Source: Prorocentrum cordatum (Eukaryota). From it: 53,375 nucleotides of DNA. The notes under the pieces are model-generated. The model saw only the letters and a program-made list of their open reading frames with translations. It was not told the origin of the DNA and searched no databases. This document shows, in pieces, positions 1 to 12,660 of the stretch. The translations under genes were made by a program, and so were the position numbers. Location of the stretch: positions 62,001-115,375 of the forward strand of contig CAUYUJ010000322.1 in assembly GCA_963575745.1 (NCBI GenBank). The letters are read 5' to 3'. Each line of letters starts with the position of its first letter. Positions within the stretch are counted from its first letter, which is position 1.

Positions 1-180
1 CCTATGAAGGCGTGGATGTATGCCCAACGATCCTCCTCATCGGCTCGCGTGTGTATCGGTATGTGGACAGACGCGCTCGGATGGAAGATCTCGAATGATA
101 AGTTGAAGGAAGTTGACACGGGGATCGACGGCTCAGTTTGGGAGGTCGCTCTTAACAGTACTCAGTGACGGTGCCCAGCC

Positions 181-1340
181 CTGTGCGGAGGTTGGAATAC
201 ACGGAGGTTGGGGACACGCACCTCCGAGTGCATGCGATATCTTGCTGACCGTGATCTCTCTATTGTTGCTCTCCAGGAATGCCACCATTTGAATGATGTT
301 GAGGTTGAGGATGTGGGGTGGGATTCTAGGTACTCCGAGTGTAGGCGGGCTGTTGTCTTGTACCGTGGTTCTCGGAAGCACCTCATCCTAGACAGCATCT
401 CTGGTGATCGTTGGGTTGCTATTGTATTTCGTCATCTTATCTTCGTTTCCGCTTATCTTCCTCATCGTGAAAGTGAGCTTGGTGATAATGGTGAGCCTCG
501 GGGATCTTCAGAAGGCCACTACGCTAGTTTCGCCAAGTACACCAGTGTGCTGTCAGGTCTGACATCCAAAGTTCTTGCTGCGAAAAGAAGTATTCCATTC
601 GTGATCTTGTGTTGCAGGTCGATGCCAACGTGGAAGTGTATCCTAATCAGTCTGTCGATAGGATACTCGTGACTGGGGGGGCGGTGGAGGGTCCCAAGGC
701 CAAGCCTAGGAGGAAGGCCAAGGAGGGGAGTGCGGACATCATGCGTGATCAGATGCGTGAGATGTATTGTCGGGCCCCTTGAAAACCATGGGCGCCCTGA
801 AGCTCCGCCTTGCGAACACTTGCGGCACGCGCGCGCCCGCTTGGAAACATTGCACACGTAAATATCAGCATGTGTATGACTACTTCGCTATCCCGACGGA
901 CTGGCAGGTTCCAGAGGTCTCCTGTTCGTGGGTCTTACCATCTGATGTTGAGCATTAACCCCATAGAGCTCATCACTAAGGCTGTCTTTGAGGGTGCCCG
1001 CGAGACTTTGGACCTTTCTCGTAATTCTGGTAGACAATCTTCTGGGTTTCCGAAGCTCTCAGAGGACCACCTGAGGATTAAGGAGGAGCACTACGGGATT
1101 AGGCGGGAGTACAAGAGGGAGGAGGTGGAGAAGGAGGTGTATAATTACCCTGGCGACGTACCCAACCCCTGCGCAAAAGCGGGGCGCAAATAGTTTAGGA
1201 TACTTTACAAGGGGGCGATGACGGAGCGAGGGTTACATATGTCTGCATACGGAATTCGGGAGACTCGCAGGACACTGGCTACAGGAAAAGGGCTTGATAA
1301 AGCTGATGATTTACAATTCCTGAGCACTCCTAGCCACTTC
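181..1340 (+). pseudogene. Non-LTR retrotransposon APE (EEP-family) endonuclease and linker, frameshifted
   Basis: From 181 the frame reads LCGGWNTRRLG (WN motif), IVALQECH, IFVSAYLPH. After a frameshift near 615 it gives DANVE (GDxN equivalent), and later LRLANT...VYDYFAIP...SDVEH. The motif order is that of LINE APE domains. Stops and frameshifts are present. Confidence 0.8.
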
Positions 1341-1354
1341 GAAAACGGGGATCA

Positions 1355-2818
1355 CAGCAGGCCTCGAAAGTGGCGACAGGTTCGCAGATCGCAGCCCCGC
1401 AGGGATGGGATGGCGAGGTCTCATTTGAATCTGCCCGTGGCCCTCACTGTGCTGGGCCCCCCAGCAGGCCTCGAAAATGGCGACAGTTTCGCAGATCGCA
1501 GCCCCCCAGGGATGGCGAGGTCTAATTTGAATCTGCCCGTGGCCCTCACTGTGCTGGCCCCCCAGCAGGCCTCGAAAGTGGCGACAGTTTCGCAGATCGC
1601 AGCCCCCCAGGGATGGCGAGGTCTAATTTGAATCTGCGCGTTGCCCTCACTGTGCTGGGCCCCCCAGCAGGCCTCGAAAATGGCGACAGTTTCGCAGATC
1701 GCAGCCCCCCAGGGATGGCGAGGTCTAATTTGGGTCCGCGCGTGGCCCTCACTGTGCTGGGCCCCCCAGCAGGCATCGAAAATGGCGACAGTTTCGCAGA
1801 TCGCAGCCCCCCAGGGATGGCGAGGTCTAATTTGAATCCGCGCGTGGCCCTCACTGTGCTGGGCCCCCCAGCAGGCCTCGAAAATGGCGACAGTTTCGCA
1901 GATCGCAGCCCCCCAGGGATGGCGAGGTCTAATTTGAATCCGCGCGTGGCCCTCACTGTGCTGGGCCCCCCAGCAGGCCTCGAAAATGGCGACAGTTTCG
2001 CAGATCGCAGCCCCCCAGGGATGGCGAGGTCTAATTTGAATCTGCCCGTGGCCCTCACTGTGCTGGGCCCCCCAGCAGGCCTCGAAAATGGCGACAGTTT
2101 CGCAGATCGCAGCCCCCCAGGGATGGCGAGGTCTAATTTGAATTTGCCCGTGGCCCTCACTGTGCTGGGCCCCCCCAGCAGGCATCGAAAATGGCGACAG
2201 TTTCGCAGATCGCAGCCCCCCAGGGATGGCGAGGTCTAATTTGAATCTGCCGCGGTTACCCTCTGTGCAGGACCCCCCAGCAGGCCTCGAAAGTGGCGAC
2301 AGTTTCACAGATCGCAGCCCCCCAGGGATGGCGAGGTCTAATTTGAATCTGCCGCGGTTACCCTATATGCAGGACCCCCCAGCAGGCCTCGAAAGTGGCG
2401 ACAGTTTCACAGATCGCAGCCCCCCAGGGATGGCGAGGTCTAAGTTGAATCCGCCGCGATTACCCTCTATGCAGGACCCCCCAGCAGGCCTCGAAAGTGG
2501 CGACAGTTTCACAGATCGCAGCCCCCCAGGGATGGCGAGGTCTAATTTGAATCCGCCGCGATTCCCTCTATGCAGGACCCCCCAGCAGGCCTCGAAAGTG
2601 GCGACAGTTTCACAGATCGCAGCCCCCCAGGGATGGCGAGGTCTAATTTGAATCCGCCGCGATTACCCTCTATGCAGGACCCCCCAGCAGGCCTCGAAAG
2701 TGGCGACATTTTCACAGATCGCAGCCCCCCAGGGATGGCGAGGTCTAATTTGAATCCGCCGCGATTACCCTCTATGCAGGACCCCCCCGCAGGCCTCGAA
2801 AGTGGCGACAGTTTCACA
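1355..2818. repeat. 102-bp tandem minisatellite, about 14 copies, running into the assembly gap
   Basis: Unit GGATGGCGAGGTCTAATTTGAAT...CAGCAGGCCTCGAAAATGGCGACAGTTTCGCAGATCGCAGCCCCCCAG. The ORF track shows a 34-aa periodicity. Confidence 0.97.
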
Positions 2819-2918
2819 NNNNNNNNNNNNNNNNNNNNNNNNNNNNNNNNNNNNNNNNNNNNNNNNNNNNNNNNNNNNNNNNNNNNNNNNNNNNNNNNNN
2901 NNNNNNNNNNNNNNNNNN
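2819..2918. other. Assembly gap (100 N)
   Basis: Run of N. Confidence 1.
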
Positions 2919-4275
2919 ATGACCTCAGCCAAGGAATATTATCTCGTGAAACTGAGTTGCCTCATGTACTGTGTGACTCGCCTGTCCCTCCTGCCCCCGC
3001 TCCTGTGCAAAATCGTCGGAAGTTGATCTCTGACATGTATCGCAACGTTCGCCAGCGTCGGGAGGAGCCATCCCAGACCTCGTCGCAACCGATCTCGGAG
3101 CCTCCTCGTAAAAGAGCACGCCAGAGCTTTGCACATAAGTGGGCCGCCGCATCTATGCAGAGCGCGCTGTGTATGTTGCATGCGTCTGGAGAGTACACCA
3201 CACATCGTGATGCCATGGTTCGTGCTGCTGGTGTCCGCGGTCGTGTTCTTTCTCGTCGGCGTCCGCATCGGGTTATGCAGAGTCTCCAGCCCTGGTTCAC
3301 GGTGTTTGAGGTCACTCAGGGGCCCCACTGGGATCAGAGTATGTGTTGGACGGAGTTAGGTTGGAAGGTCTTCTTAGTGGACACGCTACAGCAGTTTAAT
3401 CTACCTAAGCTATTGGAGTTCTGCTTGATAAAAGATGCTATTTCAGGCAACCACTGGAAGGAGGAGGAGGAGAACAAAACGGAGGCTCAACAACAACGTG
3501 AACAGGATCGTGCTTCTAAAAGGATTGCCACTCTGTATCCGGATGAGACTACTTGGAGGATCAACCCTGGATATCTGGCCTTAGAAATGAGGGGAGATAG
3601 CCAGTGTGTAACACGTTCGCTGACGGGCAAAAACAGATGCTTGAATGAAAGGTTCAGCCAAACAATTGCTGCCATGCAAAATACTCTGTATTCCGTGTGT
3701 AAGCAGTTCCAGATCTACAGTCCTGAAGCGGGCCGTGATATCTGGAAATGGGTCTATCGGGAGGGGAACACAGAGACCACGAGACACATGTGGCCAGAGA
3801 AGGGCATACTACATTTGACGTGCGGTGGGATCTCGATGCACTTTCATCTATTCGTTCGGGTCGATATAGTGTACACGCGGTGAGAGGCTCTTTTGATGGT
3901 GGCAGATGTGAGTTAGGCACATCGTGCGGATGGGTGATTGACATTTTCATCTCTGCTAATTTACCCCCTGCTTCCCTTCCCCCTGGCCTTCCTCCCAAGC
4001 GTTGGCAGCTCGGTGTTGCCAAGCGTGCTTTCGTGCTCCCCTCCCATTGTACTGTCACCCAGGCGGAGCTTGCTGCATCGGAGAGTTTATTGTCGGGAGT
4101 TGTTGATTTGTGCGCACGCATGCGCTGATGGCACACTTCTTTTACAGCTTCGCTGCTTAATCTTGCCGCTTTAATCTTCCAGCTTCGCTGCCTCTGTACA
4201 GCTTCGCTGCTAGTGTTCTCTGTGTCCTGGCCTGCTCCCTTGGGAGCTCGAATCGGCCAGCGCAGACATCGCAGA
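2919..4275 (+). mobile_element. 3' part of a non-LTR retrotransposon: post-RT region, RNase H-like domain with permuted motif order, 3' UTR
   Basis: LEMRGDSQ (3581-3604), then WVYREGNTE[fs]DHETHVA (~3750-3795), then VRGSFDGG..GW (3880-3935) and TQAELAA (~4057-4077), stop at 4128. The upstream region aligns by eye with 29730-29960 (MLHASG..RDAMV vs MLHSLG..RDAFV; WTELGWKVF vs W*EQGFQVF). Confidence 0.8.
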
Positions 4276-7200
4276 CCAGGTTGAGGGTTCACCGCCGGTG
4301 CCAGTTGGCAGACCCGACGTTCAGAGACAATGTGGTGACCTGGGGTGGGTTTTCCTAAGATTTGAAGGATATTTGACCATTCATTTTGAGAAACCAGATT
4401 TTTCGCACCTATAGTGGGTTATGCCGCGTCTGCCAGTAAAATTCTCAGGTCCGTAGGTGCAGTATTACTATCAAAACACTTGGAGCAACCGACGTTGGAT
4501 AAAAACAGAAGAACACGATTTTTCGATTTTTCGTTTCTCGCTCCAGGAGCTTTCTTCATGTGTTCCGACGATCGCCGTGCAAGAAAAGAGCTGTAGCGGC
4601 TTACGCCACGTCTGCCAGTCAAATTCTCAGGTATGTAGATATAATATTACGTTCAAAAGACTTGCTGGGACCGTCGGCCGTTTCGAGTCATCTTGACACG
4701 CATTGACGGTTTTCTGTACTTATCTCGAGATTTCGGACAGCTACAGAGCTGATACTTAGAGAAACCAATTCAGAATCATCAGGCGCGTTCGTTCGTCCTC
4801 ATCGAGAGCTCTGAACTCGGTCTGCTGCTCGAGCTAGGTTCGTAAACCTATTCGTCTTCTTCGAGTTATTTTGACGAGTTGTGTTGGTTTTCTGTACTTA
4901 ACTTACAATTCAGAGCTGGTACGCACATGAGAGGGTTCTGTATTATTAGGCACGTCCGTCTGTTACATCGAGCGGTCTGAACTCGGTCTGCTACTCAAGC
5001 TAGGTCCGCAAAACTGTTCGTATTCTTCAAGTTCTCTTTGTAGGCTCTGTCCGTCTTCTGTACTTAACTGAAGCTGTTGCAGAGTTGCAGAGGTGGTACG
5101 CACAGAAGCCGATCCACAATTATCAGGGGCGTTCGGCTGAAGCATCTAGAGCTCTGAACACAGTCTATCCGAGCTAGGTCCGCAAAACTATTCGTATGCG
5201 ACCGATTTTTTTTCGAACTGAATTTTCTCCACTTAACTCGAGCTGCAGATGAACTTGAGAGCTCTTTCGCACAAAAATCTTGGAGAACATTCCCTTTATG
5301 TGTACGGGGCAGCCCCGCACGAGGAAAGAGCTCTACGAAGCTCCCGGTGGTAACCTGGTTGACGGTTTACCGCCGGCTCCCAGTTGGCAAGGAAAATCTC
5401 GACGGACCTTGGTGACTTTTGATCGGTTGAAAATTTTGTTCTCGAAATTCCTGAATTCGTTTGAGCTCTAGTATTTTTTCCCGTGATATTCGATCTTATT
5501 CCCGCTCGCCGTCTTGATCTCAGCTCGATCAGGTACCTTGTACTGCCAACGGACGGGATCGGCTGTTTCGAGTGATCTTGATACGCGTTGTCGGTTTTCT
5601 GTACTTAACTCGAGCTGTAGGACAGCTACAGAGTTGATATTTGATAGGAACCACTTCAGAATCGTTCGTCTGTCTCATCCAGAGGTCTGAACTCGGTCTG
5701 CTGCTCGAGCTAGATCCGCGAAACTATCCGTATTGTTCGAGTGATCTTGAGAGATGCTGTCGGTTTTCTGCACTTAACTCGGGCTGGGGTGGCTGCACGG
5801 CTGGTAGTCACAGACGCCGATTTGGAGACATCAGGCGCGTCCGCCTGTCGCATGCAGAGGTCTGAACTCGGTCTGCTACTCCAGCAGGTCGCGAAACCTG
5901 CTTGTATCGCTCGAGTCATCTCAACTAGCGCCGGCGGTGAACCGTCAACCTGGTCACCGGCGGGAACCTCGTAGAGCTCCTTGCACCCGTAAGAAAGCTC
6001 AGGATCGAAGCTGACATCTTCTGGGAGCTTTTCTAGAAAAACGTCAAATTAAGATTATTCGGAGTGAACATGAAGTCGGTTCTGGGAAGTCAACTATTTC
6101 TAAAACTGGCTCTAGAGAGCTGAGCTGCTGAGGGAACAAAGTTTATATGCCAATGCTCGGCGTAAAAATCTGCTTCCTCAAAATGAATTGTCAAATATCT
6201 TTCAGATCTGAGCAAAACCGACCCAAAGTCACCACTTTGTCCTTTCTGGTCGGGTCGACCAACTAGCTCCACCCCGCGCCGGAATTCCTCTAGCTCATCA
6301 ACGAAGAGCTCTACGAGGTACAGGGAATGTCGGTTTGCTGTACTTAACTCACGCTCTAGGTAGGGGAGCTACAGAGCTGATGCGCACAGAACCTGATTCG
6401 GAAGCATCATGCGCGTTCGTCTGTTGCATCCAGAGGTCTGAACTGAGCTTGCTACTCGAGCTAGGTCCGCAAAACTATTCGTATTCTTCAAGTCACCTTG
6501 ACAGATGTTGTCCCTTTTCTGTATTGAACTCGGGCTGTAGGAGAGCTGCAGACTGATGCAGAAGCATTGTGAGCGTTCGTCTGTTGCATCGAGAAGTCTG
6601 AACTCGGTCTGCTACCCGAGCTAGGTTCACAAAACTATTCGTATTCGACCGACAGTTTTCTTTCCAAATGGTGGTGCATTTCTTCACTGATCTCGAGCTG
6701 TTTTTCGGCCGAAAAGTCAGAAGGACGTCATGAGGCGCAAAGCATCTAGACGCTTGGTTTGGGTCTGTTGTGAGTGCAGACGCCAAGCACGGATTCGTAC
6801 TCTGCTATTTTCTTCCTAATGGTATTTTCTACGCGCTGCAGATAAGCTGCAGAACTGTTCAGCACAGCAATATCACTAGACGCCTGAGATCAGTCTGCTA
6901 TCAGCGCTCGGGCTGAAAAACTTTTCGTTCTCTGCTAATTCTTTGGACATAATATATGGTCAGGAAGCTCTACGAGTCCCCCGGCGGTAAGAAAGGTTGA
7001 CGGTTTACCGCCGGCGACCAGTTAGCAAAATTCCGAAAAGGGACGCGATCATACCTTCCGCGGCCTGGCTCGGCCGATTTTGCAGTTCTAACCATTCGTT
7101 TGGGCTGATAATTGCGCAGAGCAAAGCTTTGTATTGGAGAAGTTACCTTTAAAACGCTCAGCTCATTCTGTCGACGAATTTTCCCGAGCGAAGCCAGGGA

Positions 7201-10200
7201 ACCCCAGATTTTTTTTAAAAAGATTTCAAGAAAATCTACTGCGAAGTTCTTTGCTTCGATTCGGGGCACTCTACGCGTGTAAGGAGCTCTACGAGGTTTC
7301 CGGCGGTCACCAGGTTGACGGTTCACCGCCGGCGCTAGTTCCGGGGCGCTGGAGAGCTAGTTGGCAAGAAAAATCTCGACGGACCTTTTCGTGACTTTTG
7401 GTCGGTTCAAAATTTTGTTCTCTAAATTCAACCATTCGTTTGAGCTCTAGTATTTTTTCCCGTGATATTCGATCTGATTCCCGCTCGCCGTCTTGATCTC
7501 AGGTCGATAGGATACTTATTACTGCCAAAAAGCATCCCGGCGGGATCGGCCGTTTCGAGTCATCTTGACACGGGTTGAGAGTTTTCTGTACTTAACTCGA
7601 GCTGTAGGACAGCTACAGAGTTGATATTAATAGAAACCACCACAGAATCATCAGGCGCGTTCGTCTGTTGCATCCAGAGGTCTGAACTCGGTCTGCTGCT
7701 CGAGCTAGGTCCGCGAAACTATTCGTATTGTTCGAGTCATCTTGAGAGGTGCTGTCCGTTCCCTGTACTTAACTCGGGCTCTAGGGTGGCAACAGGGCTG
7801 GTAATTACAGAAACTGATTCAGAGACATCAGGCGCGTCCGCCTGTCGTATGCAGAGGTCTGAACTCGGTCTGCTACTCCAGCAGGTTCGCGAACATATTC
7901 GTATCGCTCGAGTCATCTTGACAGGGGCTGTTGGTTTTCTGTACTTAACTCGAGCTCTAGGGTAGCTACAGAGCTCATACTGACAGAAACCGATGCAGCA
8001 TATTCAGGCGCGTTCATCTGTTGCATCCAGAGGTCTGAAATCGGTCTGCTACTCGAGCAGGAGAGCTACAGAGGTGATACGCACAGAATCTGATTTGGAA
8101 TCATCAGGCCGGTTCGTCTGTTGCATGTAGAGGTCTGCACTGGGTCTGCTACGAGGTCCGCGAAACTATTCGTATTCTTCGAGTCATCTTGACAGATGTT
8201 GTCCATTTTCTGTATTCAATTCGGGCTGTAGGAGAGCTACAGAGCTGATACGCACAGAGAACGATCCAGAAGCATCAGGGCGTTCGTCTGTTGCATCGAG
8301 AGGTCTGAACTCGGTCTGCTACCCGAGCAAGGTTCGCAAAACTATTCGTATTCGACCGATATTTTTTTCCAAATGATGGTGAGTTTCTTCGCTGACTCGA
8401 GCTGCAGAGCAGCTCGAGAGCTCTTCGGCAGAAAATTAAAAGGATATCATGTGGCGCGAAGCATCCAGACGCTCTGTTTGGGTCTGTTTCGAGCGCAGAC
8501 GCCAAACACGGATTCGTACTCTGCTACTTTCTCCCTAATGGTACTGTTTTTCTTGGTTCTACACGCTGCAGATGAATAGAACTGTTCAGCACAGCAATGG
8601 GAAGGGAACTATCAGGGACAATAGTGAAATGTATCTAGACGCCTGAGATCAGTCTGCTATCAGCGCTCGGGCTGAAACTATTCATTCTCTGCTAATTCTT
8701 TGCGCATAATATATGGTCAGGAAGCTCTACGAGTCCCCCGGCGGTAAGAAAGGTTGACGGTTTACCGCCGGCGCCCAGTGGGAAAAATACCGGTTCTCAA
8801 GACGAATTGTTAAATTTTGCACAAAGATAGAAAAACCGACCCCAAGTCGTCACATTGTCTCTTAAGATCGGGTCGGCCATCTAGCTCGACCCTGCGCCCA
8901 AATTCCTCTTAGCTCATCTTGGCGAAGAGCTCTACGAGGTAAAAACGTATTATTCGAGCTTTTTTCCTTCACGCTTGAGAAAGCATGGGAGCCGGCGGTA
9001 AACCGTCAACGAGGTTACCGCCGGGAGCCTCGTAGAGCGCTTTTCCTGGCGCGGCGCTGCTGGGAACACATGGAAAGGGCTTCCTCAAGCGTTAGCTGAA
9101 AACTCGAAAAAAAAAAACATTTTTTTGGTTTTCATCGAAAGTCAGTTCCGCCAAGTGTTTTGATAGTAATACTGCAGCTACAGACCTGAGAATTTCACTG
9201 GCAGACGCGGCACAGACCACTACAGGTGCGAAAAATATTTTTTCTTGAAGCGAATGTTCAAATATCTCACAATGTTTGCCGAACCGACCCAAAGTCCACG
9301 CATTGTCCGTCGGGGCCGAGTCGGCCAACTAGCTCCACCCCGCCCCGAAATTCCTCTAGCTCATCGATGCCGAAGAGCTCTGCGAGGTATGGGAGCCGGC
9401 GGTAAACCGTCGACCAGGTTACCGCCGGGAGCTCGTAGAGCTCTTTCCCTTGCGCGGCGCTGCTCGGAACACATGGAAAGAGCTTTATCAAGCGTTAGCT
9501 GTTGGTATGAATTAAAAACTCGAGAAATGTTGTTTCTGGGTTTTACGCAATGTCGGTTCCTCCTAGTCTTTTGATAGGAATAATGCAGCTAGAGCCCTAA
9601 GAATTGCACGATCGAGCGCGCCATGATTCGCTGCAGAGAATAATAATCCGGATGTCCAAAACAAATTTCAAAATCTTTCAGAATCTCACAAATCCGACCC
9701 AAGTGTCACACATTGTCCGCCCCGGCCGGCTGGGTCAACTGGCGCCGGCGGTGAACCGTCAACCTAGTCACCGCCGAGAACCTCGTAGAGCTCCTTGCGC
9801 GCGTAATAATGCTCAGATTCCAAGCAGACAGCTTATTGGAGCATTTCTAGAAAAACGTCGAATTTTCATGTTTTGGTTGTCAACTTCATGTCGGTTGCTC
9901 CTAATTTTTCGATAGTAAAACTGGCTCTAGAGAGCTGAGCTGCTCAGGTAAGAAAATTTATGTGCCAATGCTCGGCGTAAAAATCTGCTTTCTCAAAATG
10001 AATTGTCAAATATCTTTTTAATATTAGCAAAACCGACCCGAAGTCACCAGATTGTCTTCTGGTCGGGTCGGCCAACTGGGAGCCGGCGGTAAACCGTCAA
10101 TCTGGCTACCGCCGGGAGCCTCGTAGAGCTCTTTTCTCCTGCGGCGCTGCCCCGAACACGTTAAGGGAGTTGTCGGCAAGATTTCTGTGCGGAAGAGCTC

Positions 10201-10793
10201 TCAAGCTTAAAAATCACCATCGGTTCGCAAAAATCGGTTGCATACGAACAGTTTTGCGGACCTAGCTCGAGTAGCAGACCGAGTTCAGACCGCTGGATGC
10301 AACGGACGAGCGCGCCTGATGATACTGAATCCGTTCATGTGCGTACCAGCTCTGTATCTATTCTGAATCTTGAGTTTAGTACAGAAAACCGACAGCACTT
10401 CTCAAATTAACTCGAGGAACACGAATAGTTTTACGGACCTAGCTCGAGCAGCAGACCGAGGTCAGACCTCTAGATGCAAGAGACGAACGAGCCTGATGAT
10501 TCTGGACCAGTTTCTGCAAGTATCGGCGTTGTAGCTCTCCTATATCTCGAGTTAAGTACAGGAAACCGTAAACGCGTCTCAAGATGGCTCGGAACACAGT
10601 CGGTTCCTCCAAGTGTTTTGATAGTAGTACTGCACCAACGGGCCTGGGAATTTCACAGGCGCAAGCGTCATAACCCACTGCAGGTGCGAAGAATCTGGTT
10701 TCTAGGAATGAATGTCAAATATCTTTCAAATCTCAGCAAAAACGACCCCAAGTCGTCACATTGTCTCTTAACGTCGGGTCTGCCAACTGGGAA

Positions 10794-10826
10794 CCGGCGG
10801 TAAACCGTCAACCTGGTTACCGCCGG
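10794..10826 (-). other. Representative copy of a recurrent 33-bp imperfect palindrome, CCGGCGGTAAACC-GTCAACCT-GGTTACCGCCGG
   Basis: Intact copies lie near 5344, 5931, 6981, 7300, 8738, 8993, 9396, 9745, 10084, 10794, 11319, 13824 and 14012, in both orientations. Nearly all are adjacent to GAGCTCTACGAG or its reverse complement. Confidence 0.9.
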
Positions 10827-11127
10827 CAACCTCGTAGAGCTCTTTTCTTGCGCGGCGATCGTCGGAACGCATGAAGAAAGCTTCTGGAGCGAGGAACGAA
10901 AAATTAGAAAAAAATCACGTTTTTCTGTTTTTATCCAACGTCGGTTCCTCCAAGTGCTTTGATAGTAATGCTGCACCTACGGACCTAAGAATTTGACTGG
11001 CAGACGCGGCATAACCCACTACAGGTGCGAAAAATCTGGTTTCTCAAAATGAATGGTCAAATATCTTTCAAATCCTCGCAAAACCGACCAAAAGTTAACG
11101 CTTTGTCCGCCCGGGCCGGGTGGTCCA

Positions 11128-11312
11128 ACTAGCTCCACCCCGCGCCGGAATTCCTCTAGCTCATCGATGCCGAAGAGCTCTGCGAGGTACTAGCTCCACC
11201 CTGCGCCCGAATTCCTCTTAGCTCATCTTGCCGAAGAGCTCTACGAGGTACTAGCTCCACCCAGCGCCGGAATTCCTCTAGCTCGTCGATGCTGAAGAGC
11301 TCTATGAGGTAC
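11128..11312. repeat. Three tandem ~61-bp units
   Basis: ACTAGCTCCACCCCGCGCCGGAATTCCTCTAGCTCATCGATGCCGAAGAGCTCTGCGAGGT x3. Single copies also lie near 6262, 8880 and 9328. Confidence 0.9.
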
Positions 11313-12010
11313 TGGGCGCCGGCGGTCACCGGTCAACCTTTCTTACCGCCGGGGGATCGTAGAGCTTCCTGACCATGTATTATGTCCAAAGAATTAGCAG
11401 AGAACGAATAGTTTTTCTGCCCAGCGCTGATAGCAGACCTGATCTCAGGCGTCTAGTGATATCCCATTGCTGTGCTGAACAGTTCTTTAGCTCATCTGCG
11501 TGTAGGAAATACCATTAGGGAGAAAATAGCAGAGTACGAATCCGTGTTTGGCGTCTGCGCCCACAACAGACCCAAACCAAGCGTCTAGATGCTTCGCGCC
11601 TCATGATGTCCTTCTGATTTTTCGGCTGAAGAGCTCTCGAGCTGCTTTGCAGCTCGAGTTCAGTGAAGAAATTCACCAAGATTTGGAAACAAATATCGGT
11701 CGAATACGAATAGTTTTGTGAACCTAGCTCGGGTAGCAGACCGAGTTCAGACCTCTCGATGCAACAGACGCATCGAGAGGCCTGAACTCGTTCTGCTACT
11801 CGAGGTAGGTCCACAACACTATTTGTATTTCTCAAGTTCTCTTTAGAGGCGCCGTCGGTATTCTGCGCTGAACTCTAGCTGCAGCACAGCTACAGAGCTC
11901 GTACGCACAGAAACCGATGCAGAATCATCAAGGGCGCTCGGCTGAAGCATCTAGAGCTTTAAAAAGAGTCTGCTACTCGAGCTAGGTCGGCAAAGCTATC
12001 TGTATGCGAC

Positions 12011-12092
<82 letters not shown>

Positions 12093-12193
12093 CCCCCCCC
12101 CCTTTTCTCTTCTTCTTCTTTAAAAAATGCTCTCGCTTAAGCTTCCCTCACGTAATCCGAGGAGCGCTGGGCAAGGAAAGAGCTCTAAGAGGT

Positions 12194-12278
12194 GCCTTCT
12201 CTAGCTACCCTGTGCTCCGTTTGGGAGTCTGAGGGCTCAGCTGTCACAGCTGTCCGCGCCCTGACTCAAACCCAAAAA
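12194..12278 (+). mobile_element. Very short 5'-truncated retroelement 3' end (UTR plus A-rich tail)
   Basis: Non-satellite sequence replaces the left arm of the palindrome. It ends CAGCTGTCACAGCTG...TGACTCAAACCCAAAAA directly before the right half-site and resembles the end at 12614-12660. Confidence 0.55.
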
Positions 12279-12301
12279 CCTGGTTGACGGTTTACCGCCG
12301 G

Positions 12302-12660
12302 TTTCAAGTTTTGAATCGTACCCTACTCCAATCGCCATCAGAGGTGCCTTCGATGGCGGGGTGTGTCCTTTGGGATCAGGATGTGGTTTTTGGCTTCATA
12401 TTGGCATGTTGAACAGAGAATACGTGAGTGAGGAGCTCGGATTTGCACAGCCTAGCCCTGTCGGGACTGCTACGCCTCTCGTTTGGAGAGATGTGGCTGA
12501 GGCCGCGTGGCTCCTTGAAGGAGCGACAATCACGTAATGTGAACTTAGTGCCGCCGAGGCGCTTCTTTGCGTTGCTCGCTCGTTGCTTTGGGACTTGCGA
12601 GACTCGTCTCCTCCAGCTGTCTCGCAGCTGGTGCACATGAGCCCAAACAAACAAAACAAA
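12302..12660 (+). mobile_element. 5'-truncated non-LTR retrotransposon carrying only the terminal RNase H half and an (AAAC)-type tail
   Basis: Translates IAIRGAFDGGVCPLGSGCGFWL...WRDVAEAAWLLEGATIT*CELSAAEALL (not in the ORF track). This matches 3880-4128 and 30435-30710. It is flanked by near-direct repeats at 12279-12301 and 12661-12684. Confidence 0.85.

Noticed and set aside
1355..2818. CRISPR-like repeat/spacer array or a 34-aa repeat protein
   Set aside because: The variable cassette has only two states, there are no cas genes, and single-base indels break the frame. The ORFs are by-products of a 102-bp unit.
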